A stretch of DNA of 64,000 nucleotides from Oikopleura dioica (taxonomy: Eukaryota; Animalia; Chordata): contig OU015570.1 in assembly GCA_907165135.1 (NCBI GenBank), forward strand, positions 2,687,929 to 2,751,928, in the 5' to 3' direction. Within the stretch, counting starts at the first letter, position 1. Each line of letters opens with the position of its first letter. The notes below the pieces were generated by a model. It saw only the letters and a list, made by a program, of their open reading frames with translations, had not been told where the DNA came from and ran no database searches. The translations under genes were made by a program, and so were the position numbers. Shown in pieces: positions 47,300 through 58,856 of the stretch.

Positions 47300-48400
47300 T
47301 TGAGGCGACAGAAAAGCCTTGATGAAAATCAACAATTTCGAGAATTTTAATCTCGAGAAAAAGTACTATTGTTTATTCTTTTTGAATTTTTATTGTTGAA
47401 AATCTAAGTCAGGAAGGATTGGTGATAAGACTTTCGATGTGATAAAAAATCACTCCAAAGTAAGCTTCGAATTTTATCAGGAAAGCCTAATTTCCTACTT
47501 GTCAAGCTTGGTCGTTTTTCAAAGAAAATCGAGAGTTCTAAAAAACTAGGCTTCTAAGCGTCGATTAAGACCTTCATCTCTTCACGCACCGAAAATAACC
47601 CGAGAATCACTAATTCGAATTCTTTTCGTAATTCTCGAGATTATTTTTTGCTTAGATGCAAGTCAATTTTTACATTTTTCTTTGAAGCTTCGCTTTTCGA
47701 TTTTTTGATAGTAAGAATCTGTAACTTGCTCTTCAATTTCTCTCAATAATTTTATGAGAGGAATTCCAGTAATGCGTTCGATATTTTGAAGACCAGAAAA
47801 GTCGAAGTTGTCGGAATCTCTCTTTAGTAAAAGAGTGTACTGTCTATGACTGTGTATTCCTTGCGCTTAGCGATCGTAGTTTGGATGATTTTTTGAACTG
47901 TTAAATTATCAATTTCAGTTCAATTTCTGCTGAAAAATCATTAGTAAGAAGTTTTTCTGTTAAAAAATTGACTGTACAAATTTTTGCAATTTCGAGCAGC
48001 CAAATTTCAAACATGCTCAAGATCAAATCAGAATGTCATAAAACACAATCGGCGAACGTTAAGAAATCCCATTTGTGAAAGCAAGGGTAATGTAAAATAC
48101 AGAAAGCACTGTATCAAGAGCGGATACAACCTGCGGTTTACCTTTATCACGTTTCCCTAAAATCATTTCAATTTGGTTCGCTCATGAATTTTAGTGAGGG
48201 TCTGAAAACGCTATTTTTAAGCAAACTCTTCTCCTTAATTTAAGATAGTGATACCCTTATCCCTTCAAGCGCAATTGCTTGATAACTGTTCCGTGAAATA
48301 TGGAACTGGTTAGATTTCATTGTCGTCGTCTTTGTTTTCAAAAGCAGTTTTCTCTTTACTTTTTATTTGAAACAAGATAACTGTATTACAGTTGATTACT
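47300..48400 (-). pseudogene. decayed ORF of unknown identity
   Basis: Long protein-like stretches (GLQNIERITGIPLIKLLREIEEQ, FELVILGLFSVREEMKVLID) broken by stops. Confidence 0.3.
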
Positions 48401-48865
48401 GACTCTTTTCTTAAAAGAGGGGGAGAGAAAATAAAGGAAAATCAAAATTTTTCCTTTAAGGGTATGGTACGCGCGGAGGCCCAAAGCAGAGGCGATCTCC
48501 TCCTACCCTATCAATGCTGGGAAGGCGTACAACAGCTCAAAATAAAGTTCTATCCGAGATCTTTTGATTTACACGAGCTTTTTCTGAAATACAAACAAAA
48601 AGTCACGTGCCGGTGGCTCAAAATTGTCGTCTCAAAGTAATTTCTTTTCTACTCTTGCGGAAGATATTTGATGAAAAATCAATTGGCTTGAGCAATAAAC
48701 TAAAAATAGCTAGCAAAAAGAATTTATCAATGATGCGCTAAATTCACTTTAGGCACTAGAATTGGCGATTTTCCGTGGAGATATTGAAATCCTGATTTTG
48801 CTCCGCGAAAGTCATTCTCATCTACTCTATTTTTATACAGTAATATTCAATACTGTATCTCGAAA

Positions 48866-49492
48866 ATGAACAAAGAAAATCATAAAACTGACTGCAGTAA
48901 AACGCTGCCAGTAAACATTGAAGCCGCAATAAATTTATTTTGTTGCAACTGCTTTTCTATGAAAATTGATTCTCATTATTATGCGAATCTGACGGATCAA
49001 ACAAGGCAATTTGAAGTCCTTTTGATTGAAATCAACGAAAAGTTTCAATTGAAAAACAGCGAAAGGCTGAAAGAAATGAAAGAATTTATTGATGAAAACG
49101 TTATTAAAAATTCTAATCCTCACCTTTCGACCAGAGAATGGTACTTACTCAATTACGAAATAAACGCCGGAAAATTGGCATTTCTTCCAACTTATCGTAA
49201 AATGTTTAATTTGATTCTGTTAGCAGAGGCTGTTCTGAAATCATCAGAAACACGTATTTCTTCACAAGCTCGAAGAAGACTCAGAGCAAAAATTCAAAAA
49301 ATCACACATCGAAGCATTTTAAAATATTATGGTCGTTATATAGAAGCGAATGGATATTCAAGAGGGCTCGAAAATTTCAAAATGACGATTTATGAGCAAA
49401 AGAATGCCCCTAAAAATAGTTCTTTGGAACTATCATTTTTTCTGTGTCTGACTTTTGGAGTTGGATTTCTTCTATTGAATTTGCTAAAATAA
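48866..49492 (+). CDS. 208-aa tail-anchored protein, possible Bcl-2-fold
   Basis: Intact ORF; C-terminal hydrophobic segment 188-207; EINAGKLAF and YIEANGY loosely recall BH1/BH2. Confidence 0.55.
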   Translation: MNKENHKTDCSKTLPVNIEAAINLFCCNCFSMKIDSHYYANLTDQTRQFEVLLIEINEKFQLKNSERLKEMKEFIDENVIKNSNPHLSTREWYLLNYEINAGKLAFLPTYRKMFNLILLAEAVLKSSETRISSQARRRLRAKIQKITHRSILKYYGRYIEANGYSRGLENFKMTIYEQKNAPKNSSLELSFFLCLTFGVGFLLLNLLK

Positions 49493-49493
49493 G

Positions 49494-49710
49494 TCAGTAG
49501 AGGGCGCTTTTGCTATTTAAGGATTCAGTTCCTAGCATAAATTGACAAGTGAAAATTGGTAGTGAGATGCTGCTCTCACTGGGGAGCGCCACCTGGTATC
49601 GGCTCTCGCGCCCCACCTAGTGTCGGCTCTCGAGCGCCACCTAGTGGACACTCAGGAATGGCTCTCTAGTGACATCTAGTGGTGGCTCTTTGGCGCCACC
49701 TATGGTGAGT
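49494..49710. promoter_or_regulatory. internal copy of the LTR CTCF-like array plus one oppositely oriented site
   Basis: 49575-49710 is homologous to U3 (51520-51670); GCGCCACCTAGTGG present; TCAGTAGAGGGCGC at 49494-49507. Confidence 0.6.
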
Positions 49711-49975
49711 CGAAAATTTTTTTAAGAACGCGAATTTAAATTCGGCGCAATAATGACTGTTGATTGCTCATTGTTCTTTCGGAAAATCGAGAAAATTACA
49801 TGTACATTCTGGAATAAATGACGAATAAGAGTCATTTAATGAGTAATAGCTCGAATCTTCCAGGAATCAACATTTCTACTGTCACGAAGGTTCTGGAAGG
49901 CTTCAGAAATTCTATATGACTCACCAGCCGAGTATATAAGGCCGACCTGAAGGCAGATCAGCATCAGACATAAAA

Positions 49976-51118
49976 ATGAACAACCAAAAAACCAATTTTT
50001 CCACTTTTTCCAACACCAACGACCAACAACCACCAGAGACTCTCTCCAACGACCAACAACCACCAGAGATTTTCTCCGGCAACCAACAACCACCAGAAGA
50101 CGTCTCCGACTCTAACGATGATCTCTACATCGATGAAGAGGAAGACACCTCGCTCCTCGACTACAACCCACCATCCGTCGGCAGCGACAATGTTTTCCTC
50201 CCAGACGAAGATGTCGACGAGGCCATGTCAACATCCGGCCCTCTAGACCCACCAAACAGTCCGGTCGTCGAGGAACCAACCAGCCCAGAAGCTGAACCGA
50301 CCGTTTCGGTTGACGTTCTCCCGAAACAAGAGGAATCCTCCGGCCAAAAAGCCGAAAAGGCTGTCAAGAAAGAAGATCATGACCGTCCCGGTCCAAGCGT
50401 CCGTCCTTGCTGCGGATCGAGTCGCATGTTAGTGCTTCGACAAACTGAAGGCAACCAAAACCGACAAGTTCGATTCCTGCGCGATGGACGACGCTGGTCC
50501 CAACAAATTCGATACAATCCAAATCAACCACAGCAGTGGCGACATGATGAAGGCCAATCCAACATGTGGCACAACCGAGTTGTCGTCCACGACTCGTTCA
50601 ACGAGCGCCGTAATCAGTGGCTCCGACTTGAGAAACTTCAACCACACCATCGACTTCCGAAAGTTGGAGAGCCCAGAGATATCCCAGAATTTGTAAAACG
50701 ATTGCCTGAGGACATGAAGCACACGCTCATTGCTGCCATCCACAAGGCCGACATGCGAGAGATTCGACGACTACTGATCGTGATCGGTAGCCGGAAGATG
50801 GCACTTACCAACAACTTGTGCAAGCGACTCTCCAACCTGATGCTTCTTGGCATCTACAAAGGTTTCCAACCACTCCGCGTGAACCAGATGGTTCCCATCG
50901 AGATCTTCCCGAGATTCTCGCGCAGCTCTTTGGCCTGCATCAACCTTGTGGATCCAGCCAGGCTGATGATCTACCTTGGCTACCCCAGCCTTGGGTACAA
51001 GCTGAACAACAATGCCTGCGGCGAAACCTTGTGGCGACGAATCCAACCAAAGCACCGAGTCGCCGTATACCGCGACTCATTTGCCTTTGGTGCCGCTTTG
51101 TGCAAGCGACTGCAATAG
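49976..51118 (+). CDS. 380-aa orphan protein (acidic/repeat N-terminus, globular-looking C-terminus)
   Basis: Intact ORF; TATATAA at 49933-49939; NDQQPPE repeats; ends ~100 nt before the PPT. Confidence 0.75.
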   Translation: MNNQKTNFSTFSNTNDQQPPETLSNDQQPPEIFSGNQQPPEDVSDSNDDLYIDEEEDTSLLDYNPPSVGSDNVFLPDEDVDEAMSTSGPLDPPNSPVVEEPTSPEAEPTVSVDVLPKQEESSGQKAEKAVKKEDHDRPGPSVRPCCGSSRMLVLRQTEGNQNRQVRFLRDGRRWSQQIRYNPNQPQQWRHDEGQSNMWHNRVVVHDSFNERRNQWLRLEKLQPHHRLPKVGEPRDIPEFVKRLPEDMKHTLIAAIHKADMREIRRLLIVIGSRKMALTNNLCKRLSNLMLLGIYKGFQPLRVNQMVPIEIFPRFSRSSLACINLVDPARLMIYLGYPSLGYKLNNNACGETLWRRIQPKHRVAVYRDSFAFGAALCKRLQ

Positions 51119-51237
51119 ATGAGAAACTCTCTTTTGCAACAATTTCTCCGCACATGTCCACATATAAGAAGTATTCAGAACTGACCAGCCATTTTGCTCC
51201 CCCAACAAATACCACCTTTCCGTTGGGGGGGAGGAGA

Positions 51238-52280
51238 TGTAAGGCCGAAAAGTCCTTACTAGTAGTGTAGCAAAACGGTGGTGACCATTTCTGACCATTT
51301 CCGACCACTTCCGGTCACTTCCGCTTCACCTCCGGTTCACTTACAAGTGTTTCCAATCACTTCCGGTCACTTCCAGTTCATTTCCAGTTCACTTCCGGTC
51401 ATTTCCGGTCACTTCCGGTTCACTTCCGGTTGACCTCCAGTTGACCTCCAGCTCACTACTGAAAGGATAGATCCATTATAAAACACCACAAGAGTAAGCC
51501 AAAGTGAGTGCTCACTGAGAACAGCGCCACCTGGCGTGGGCTCTCGCGCCCCACCTAGTGTCGGCTCTCGAGCGGCACCTAGTGGTAGCTCTCGGGCGCC
51601 ACCTAGTGGTCGCTCAGGATCAGCTCTCTAGTGCCCTCTAGTGGTGGCTCTTTGGCGCCACCTATGGTGAGCACAAAAGCCTTGGTTACTCTATACTTGG
51701 CCATAGTTACACCTTATGAGTCAATGACTCACTCCTGACGCATGGATTACATCATCTGAAGATACTCCTCGAAGCTTCTAGCGACAATGAATCACAATGA
51801 CGAACTATGACATCATCTTGGAGAATCTACACGAATATTCCATTGCTGTTCTAAGAAGCCTCAAGATTATTCTATTCCTGTTCTAAGAAGCTTCTTGAAC
51901 ATTCTTATTTTCCCTTTCTGACTATATAAGCGCTGTGTCTTTCTGAATAAAATCACTTCTTAACTGAAACCCAAAAAACAACTTTACTCTCTTTTATCCA
52001 GCAACAACAACAGCAACAACAACAGCAACAACAACAGCAGCAGCAACAACACCAGCAGCAGCAACGACAACGGCCGCTGAGCAATCAGTGGTAACAAGTA
52101 CTCTCACGGGTACTTGCGAACTCAGGTCTACGCTTTAGTAGAGCTGTTTATAGTCTTGAATCTTGTAGTCGTAGTGTATTGTCTATTTAGTCGTACACGC
52201 ATAGACCCAAGTATAAAAAACCAGAGCAGGAATTTGACTAGCGTCAGGAGACCAGTAAAAGGGTACTTTGTGCCCCGTCA
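51238..52280 (+). repeat. 3' LTR (1043 bp)
   Basis: PPT immediately upstream; ~9 substitutions and 59 extra bp (extra CTCF-like units) relative to the 5' LTR; TAAGT follows. Confidence 0.97.
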
Positions 52281-53690
52281 TAAGTGAGGATTACGGAGCC
52301 ATTCCGATCGGAGCGCATCGAGGACTCCTTCTGGTTTCTTTGACCGTAATGCGGAGGCCTTCGTTCTATTGCTAAAGAGGTCGGTTGAGACACAAATAAA
52401 TCTTTTGTAGTTGTCGGTTATCTGCAGAGATCAAATAAGGTCTATCGAATGACTCTCGAATGGCTGGAGTGGTGCGGTCACATGTCCAAGTGGAGCATTG
52501 AGTGCATTCGTTGTCGGCTTCATCAGCTGGCATTTTCGAAACGATCGAATGTAGTTAGTCACAGTTGCTTTAAAGTTTGGATAGAAGTTCTTTTCCTCGA
52601 TACTTTTTAGCGTCTTAAAGATCCCAGGGTGGCCCGATCTGTCGTTATACTCCTCCATTATTTCTCGGTGAGTCGAAACGGGTGGAATTGCTTTGAATCC
52701 GTTTTTGTCTATGCCGGTGAAGAAGGCTCCGGTGACGCTTAAGTTCTTTGGTGTCTGAGTCCGTGTCCCCTGGTCAGCGATCGGTCTTCTGAAACTTGAT
52801 CACATCTCGAAGAATTTCGTCTGATTCTCGAAGGAATAGAAAGTCGCGGGGCTTCACCATGTTGATCGTTGGTTTTTGAAGCTCGTTGATTTGGCGAGAA
52901 AGACAGTCGGAGATTTTCATTTCCTCTGACGGTTTCATGATTGTTTCAAAGTCAAATTTGCTTATCTCGGCAAGCCATTTTGCAATTTTTAGCTTTCGAC
53001 TCATTATTTTGTGCGCCCAATTAATGCATGAATTATCTGTGAACCAGATAAACTTTCGACCGAGAAGATAGTGGCTCCACTTTTCCATTGCTCGCTTGCC
53101 GGCCAAAAGCTCCTTCTCGCTGATCGTATAGTTCCGCTGTGCGTCATCAAATTTTTGTGACAGGTAGGCGACTTTGCAGAATTTCTCATTCTTCGTTTTT
53201 CTGTAGAGAAGAACTGCTCCAAGTTCGCTGGCGTCTGTCTCGATCGCGAATTCGCCAACATTTGGATTAGGGATTTTTACGCTTTTGAGCCCGTTGAGTA
53301 CTTTTTCCGCTTCTTCAGTCCGTTTGAATTCCTTACTCATTGCCTTATTAATTGGAGCAGCCTTTGACGCGAAGTGCGGAATGAAGTTTCGATGGTAGTT
53401 GAGCAGTCCGAAAATGCTCGCGGCTTCTGTTTTCGTAGTTGGTTGGCGCAGGTCACGAACTGCTTTTGTTTTGTCACAGAACTTGATTCGTCGTTTCAGG
53501 AATTCTGTCCTGGCAGCTCTTATCTTAAGGTTGTTCTGGCGGAGGATAGACAGGACTTTTTCGATGATTTCTAAGTTCTTTTCAAATTATTGCGAATGAA
53601 GACATAAATAATCCAAATAGATTGCAAGTTCGCTGCTTAGTATGTCAGCGAATATCTTGGCCATCATCTTGAAATACCGCTAGCGCATTT
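52281..53690 (-). pseudogene. pol: degenerate pol (RT end, RNase H, integrase N-half) of the element used as insertion target
   Basis: IYLDYY, LNYHRNF, IETDAS, EKELLA, TDNSC, SDCLSR, GHPGIFKT, PFESHSIDLI. Confidence 0.9.
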
Positions 53691-53727
53691 TTTCCACCCA
53701 TTGACATAGCTGTCCAGGTGAACTGAC

Positions 53728-54707
53728 GGTATGGCATCATTATAAAGAAGGCTTCATTATAAAGAGGCTTCATTATAAAAAAAGCATCATTATAAACGGC
53801 TTTATAATGAAGCCTTCTTTATAATGAAGCCTTTTTTATAATGATGCTAGTTTATTAATAATGATGCCAAAAATATTGTAAGCGTAAAAACATCAAAACG
53901 AGAGGGTAAATAACAGTAAAAAATTCTGAGATCGCGGACAAAAATTTTTTTGAGAATGGTTTTCTGAGAAAATTTTTGCCGAAAAGAAGCATCAAAAGCC
54001 CTTATATTTGAATTAAATATTGTCAATTCTTCATTAATAATGAATCATTATGAACAGGAGAGTTGAACTCATAACTTTTTGATACGAGATTCATTTCTAG
54101 CATTGGAAAATAGCCTTACAAGCAGAGTTGCAAGTTTTGCTATATTTCTGCTGAGCGGGCCTTTTTCAGAAGTCATTGTCAATGACTCATTGAGCAGAGC
54201 TGAGCTGAGCTGATCTTCTTCAAAGGTCAATATGTTGAGATCAGCTGGGCTCATCATTTTTAAAGGTCATTGAGCTGGGCTAAGCAGACATTTTACCAAG
54301 GGGACAGACCCCGTTATATAAAAATATTTCTGTCTCAAAACTTTCCTCGGGTCTCCTTCTTGTTTAAAAAACAGTTTTAAGAAACTCCCATAAGGCCTAA
54401 TGGAGGGCCGATTTTTGTGTGGCAGCCCTAGTAATACACAGCTACAGTCATTATCTTTTAAAGCCTCTGAGTTTCAGTCAAAAATTTCAGTCAATAAATC
54501 AGAGGTCGAAGAAGAGTTTACTTAATTAACTCTAGTATTTTCACATTTTTACGCTTACAATTTTTGGCATCATTATAAATAAACTAGCATCATTATAAAA
54601 AAGGCTTCATTATAAAGAAGGCTTCATTATAAAGCCGTTTATAATGATGCTTTTTTTATAATGACGCCTTCTTTATAATGAAGCCTTCTTTATAATGATG
54701 CCATACC
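53728..54707. mobile_element. GG-terminal long-TIR element (~170-bp arms with ~17-bp subrepeats), no TSD found
   Basis: GGTATGGCATCATTATAAAGAAGGCTTCATTATAAAG inverted at both ends. Confidence 0.75.
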
Positions 54708-55323
54708 TAGTAATGATAATGCATGCGGGGGACCAACAGTTAATACGAGTTATCAAGGCTTAAAGAAAAAGTATAGTGGTGTTTATCAATGCACATTTGC
54801 TCCGCGCTGCGCGCCATTCTCATTCACTGTCCGCGAAGCTCTATTTCACGCGCCGTGAAAGCGCTCGCCGCGCTCCGTGAAAGCTCAAGCCACATTCCTC
54901 AGACTGCTCAGCCGCACTTCACAGAATATCTCACCACCCACCATAGAACACTCCACCACGTCTTACAAAACACTATATAAGAAACATTTCTCTGTTCACA
55001 CACACACACACTAAAATCAACTACCAACAAAACTTACTTTACTCTTTTATATCCTGCTCCCGAATACAAATAAACAAGTCTCAACAAACCCAATTTATGT
55101 ACTTTGATAAACACGTACATATTTTGGTGACTGAAGAAAACGGAACGCCCACAACGAAACCCAGCTAGAACCAGAAGAAAGAACGAGAAGAAAGAACCAG
55201 AAGAAAGAACCAGAAGAAAGAATAAAAAAAAGAGCGATTTTATCCTGACCTTCTGCAGACCGCCGCTTCCAAGAACAGACTCACGTCAGTACAGGTAACC
55301 CAATAGGCTAAACTTTTGATATC

Positions 55324-56200
55324 ATGGGGGAACTTTATTATAAATTGGTAGTTGATCTGACTGCTAAAGAGCTTATGCTTATTTATGACAAACACCCGGA
55401 TAAGAAATACCCGCTCCCTATTCCCCGATTTGACAAGTCAGGGTGTGTCCTGAATCTGCTCAATATTCAGCCAGACTTGTTTGACCAATTAGATAGAAAA
55501 TACTTTTTTTCGAAAGGTAGACCAAAGAATTGAATTTGACCCAGATTTCGATGTTAATAATATCCAAGAAGCTTTTCAAAAAACAGCTCGTGCAGATCAT
55601 AAAATTGATATCGATAAAATAAATGAAATAATTGAAATGGATAACCTGAACTCAATTCTCGCTCGAATTGATGAGTCTGAAAAGGTAGAACCGAAGTTCC
55701 GACCACCACCCCTGATTCCCAGCCATCTGGATCTGCCCCTAGAAACGATCCTAGAAATGCTTCTCGAAAAGAACCTACTCAACAGCAAAAAGAATCATCG
55801 CCCGATTAACCTAAATTTGGACAAGTAAAAATGAAGACTCCCAAATTCGACTCGCAGCTCCCTGTAGAAAACTGGATCGTCAACATGGAACTTTTCGGTA
55901 AATGTTCAAAGATCACAGACGCGGATCTGATCAGTGTCGCCTTGTCTCAAATTCTGATGGAAGAAAGTGGAACCTTCTTGATTGAAGCCATTACCGAAGA
56001 AGAAAAGAAGAACTGGGAAAGCTTTAAAACGAAATTAGTGCAAGTTCTTGGCAAGGACAAGGAACACTTCAAACATCTCTACACATCGTTTCAACGAGGC
56101 CAGGAAACCCAACAAATGGCCGTTACCAAGCTTCAAGCATATTTCAAAAAGGGTTATGGAAAACTCGTGCTCAATGCAGCAGACGAGTCAATCATTTGCG
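55324..56200 (+). pseudogene. gag: gag fragments
   Basis: MKTPKFDSQLPVENWIVNMELF capsid-like start; sequence jumps into the integrase at ~56200. Confidence 0.65.
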
Positions 56201-57317
56201 ATTCGCCCAACTCCCTTTTGAAAAAGTGCACTGTGATATTGTGGACTACAGATGGCCCGACTAAGCTGGAAAACGATATCTCCTCACTGTCGTCGATAGT
56301 TTAAGTGGCTACCTTGATGGAGAGCCCTTATCAAACAAGTCCGACAATCTAGTGGCAAATGCTCTTCTGCGAATTATTCTGCGAAATGTAATTTCCCAAA
56401 ACTGTATTTCTGATAATGGAAAAGAATTCGGTCCAAAAATATCAGCGATCCTCGACAGATTTGAAATACGTCGCAGTACTACTAGCGCTTATTACAGTAA
56501 GTCAAATGGAAAGTGCGAACGAATTCATCGTGAAATCCATCAAAAGCTCAAAAACCAACTCGCAACAAATCGCACTTGGTCCAGCTATTGGCCACTTGTA
56601 CAGTACTTCCTAAACAATACTCCAAAAGGCTCTTTGGATGGCCTTTCAAGCAATGAAGTTGTCTTTTGCCGCCAATTCCATATACCGTACTCGCTCAAAG
56701 AACCCATTGCAGAAAATGCTCAGACGTTCATAAAAGGGTTAAATTCGTATTTCAAGAAGTTGCACCCTGCATTGCTCAATTTTCAAGTCCAGCGATACCA
56801 ATCACTTCTGAAACGTGACAAAAACAACTGTCCTGTGCTTCCGATTGGAACATCCGTTCTTTGTTGGAAACCAGACAATTACTCTGGAAAACTCGGAATA
56901 TCATGGTCTGGACCCTTCAAGATCCACAGAAGACTCTCCAAGGACAGCTACATTGTCAAGTGCCCGCTCACAAGAAAAGAATATCGAAGAAATATCAGTT
57001 TGATCAGACCGCTCAAAATAAAAACTGATAACGACAAAACGAAAATGATCTGCAACGATGAGAATCCAAATAATTTCAGCTCAAAAGAAAAAAGTGCTCC
57101 AATTCAAGTTCCTGTTCTTGATCAAAAACCAGCTCAAGTTCCTGCTCCTAAACAAGCTCAACATTGTCGATCAGATCCGACCGATGACCCAGTTCAAGTT
57201 CGCAATCCTCGCTCAGATAAGCTCCCAACTACGGTCAAGGATCAACTACTGGCGAATCAAAACACAAAAGAGGATTCAGTATGGAGGGATCGTCTTCGCT
57301 CAAGACAAAACAAGTAA
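56200..57317 (+). pseudogene. pol: integrase core and C-terminus
   Basis: PFEKVHCDIV, SDNGKEF, SNGKCERIHR, WSGPFKI. Confidence 0.88.
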
Positions 57318-57318
57318 A

Positions 57319-58411
57319 ATGGGCCGCTCATCTCATTTTATCAAGCTCAAATTAATTCCAATACATGAGTATAAAAGCCCTGCTCTCATAAGATATATCG
57401 CCGCTCAAAATAAATTTCACAACTTCAACGATATGATGCACACTAGAAAAGAGTCAAATTCCGCTCAATCGATGCTGAAGTTCAATGCAGGCCTCTGTGG
57501 ACTTCCGACCGTATAAAATTGATTATGTACAAGTAACTGGGCCCCTCTACTTGGACCGCTTCTCTTAACCTTGCGCCGGATTTCTCCAGATATTGGCAAT
57601 GTGTGCAGTTGCCAATTCACAAATATTCGAATGTTCGATCTAAAAGGCATTTTCCAGCTCAAATGGCATAATGCAAATCTCCTTTTTCTAAAAGGGGGAA
57701 GAGAAGAATAAAAACTGCTCGTTTGCTCAAAGATAGTCAACTTCTCAGCTCACTCGACTTTTCTGAAAAATCTAAAGCTCGATATCAGAATCGAAAAGCC
57801 TAATCGATAAAAGGATTCATTCAAAAAAAAAAGAAGACATCTCAGCGCGCTGCAATGCTCATAAATCTCCGCGCCTGGACAAAAGAAAGCTATTCAAAAC
57901 AGCTCCCCGATACTCATCAGCCGATAAAATTAACATGTACCGATCGTAGCATGTATTCCAAACTCCTCAATCAGAATGTGACTCTATTCCGAACTCGAAA
58001 AGAGAAAAATCATCTCACCAAATTGAAATCGAATTCTTCATGATAAAAGAGATACTTCCAGCATGCCGACCACACTCACTAGCGATATCTTTCTACTCCA
58101 AAAACGAGTGACACAAAAGGACGTTTTCAACAATTTGCATTAAATTATGTTATTGGCATCCGAATTCCGCTCTACGAAATCGAATGCGAAAAAACGAAAA
58201 TTATCCGAAATTTCCTTGAAAATGTTGAGTTCTCGATCCAAGAGCGCGAGGACTGGTTCGAAATACTCCAAAAAAAACAACTCGATCTTAAAGTAACCGG
58301 CGCTGACCTAAAATCCTTGCTCCTCTATTCGTGCAAGTGCTTGCTCTACACAGCGAAATCAGCCTCAAAAGAAACTCGCAAGAAAATCTTGGATACATAT
58401 GAAGAAAAATT
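57319..58411 (+). pseudogene. decayed third ORF after pol, no signal peptide seen
   Basis: ATG 1 nt after the pol stop; protein-like segments in shifting frames. Confidence 0.4.
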
Positions 58412-58856
58412 GGGAGACACTGAATTGTGCCGCCCTGCGCCGCCTTGCGCCGCCCTGTGCCGCCCAGCCTCACCGGGTTTGAAGATATTTGGTCTTTCAA
58501 AGGCCATAATTTAAGCTTTTTATGTCAACTTAGTTATTCTCACTTATTTATATTGTCAAACAGTTAAAATAAGTAAAACCTATAATTCAGGGTGCCAGTA
58601 GCGTTGTTCTCAATCAAATTCAGATCTTGCATAAAATCACTAACATATTGAGCACGCGACGGGCCAAAGGCCCTAACGCGTGCATTTTCTGGTAGAGAAC
58701 TCATTGGGTTTGCGGGGCCCAACTCTCGCTCTTGTTCAGAACTCTTACCTAGGTCATGGTTTGGTCGAATGAGAGTCGATTGGTTCCGGATCAGGTGACG
58801 CTGGGCGGCGCAGGGCGGCGCAAGGCGGCGCAGGGCGGCACAATTCAGTACCCCCC
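58412..58856. mobile_element. GG-terminal TIR MITE with 8-bp TSD (Merlin-like)
   Basis: TSD GAAAAATT on both sides; ~60-bp TIR with GCGCCGCCCT subrepeats. Confidence 0.88.

Larger units (their letters stand above)
32030..52280 (+). mobile_element. giant env-bearing Ty3/gypsy (Tor-like) element, 20,251 bp, with ~9.5 kb of extra cargo
   Basis: Paired LTRs, PBS, PPT GGGGGGGAGGAGA (51225-51237), TSD TAAGT at 32025-32029 and 52281-52285; the flanks rejoin a single integrase. Confidence 0.95.
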
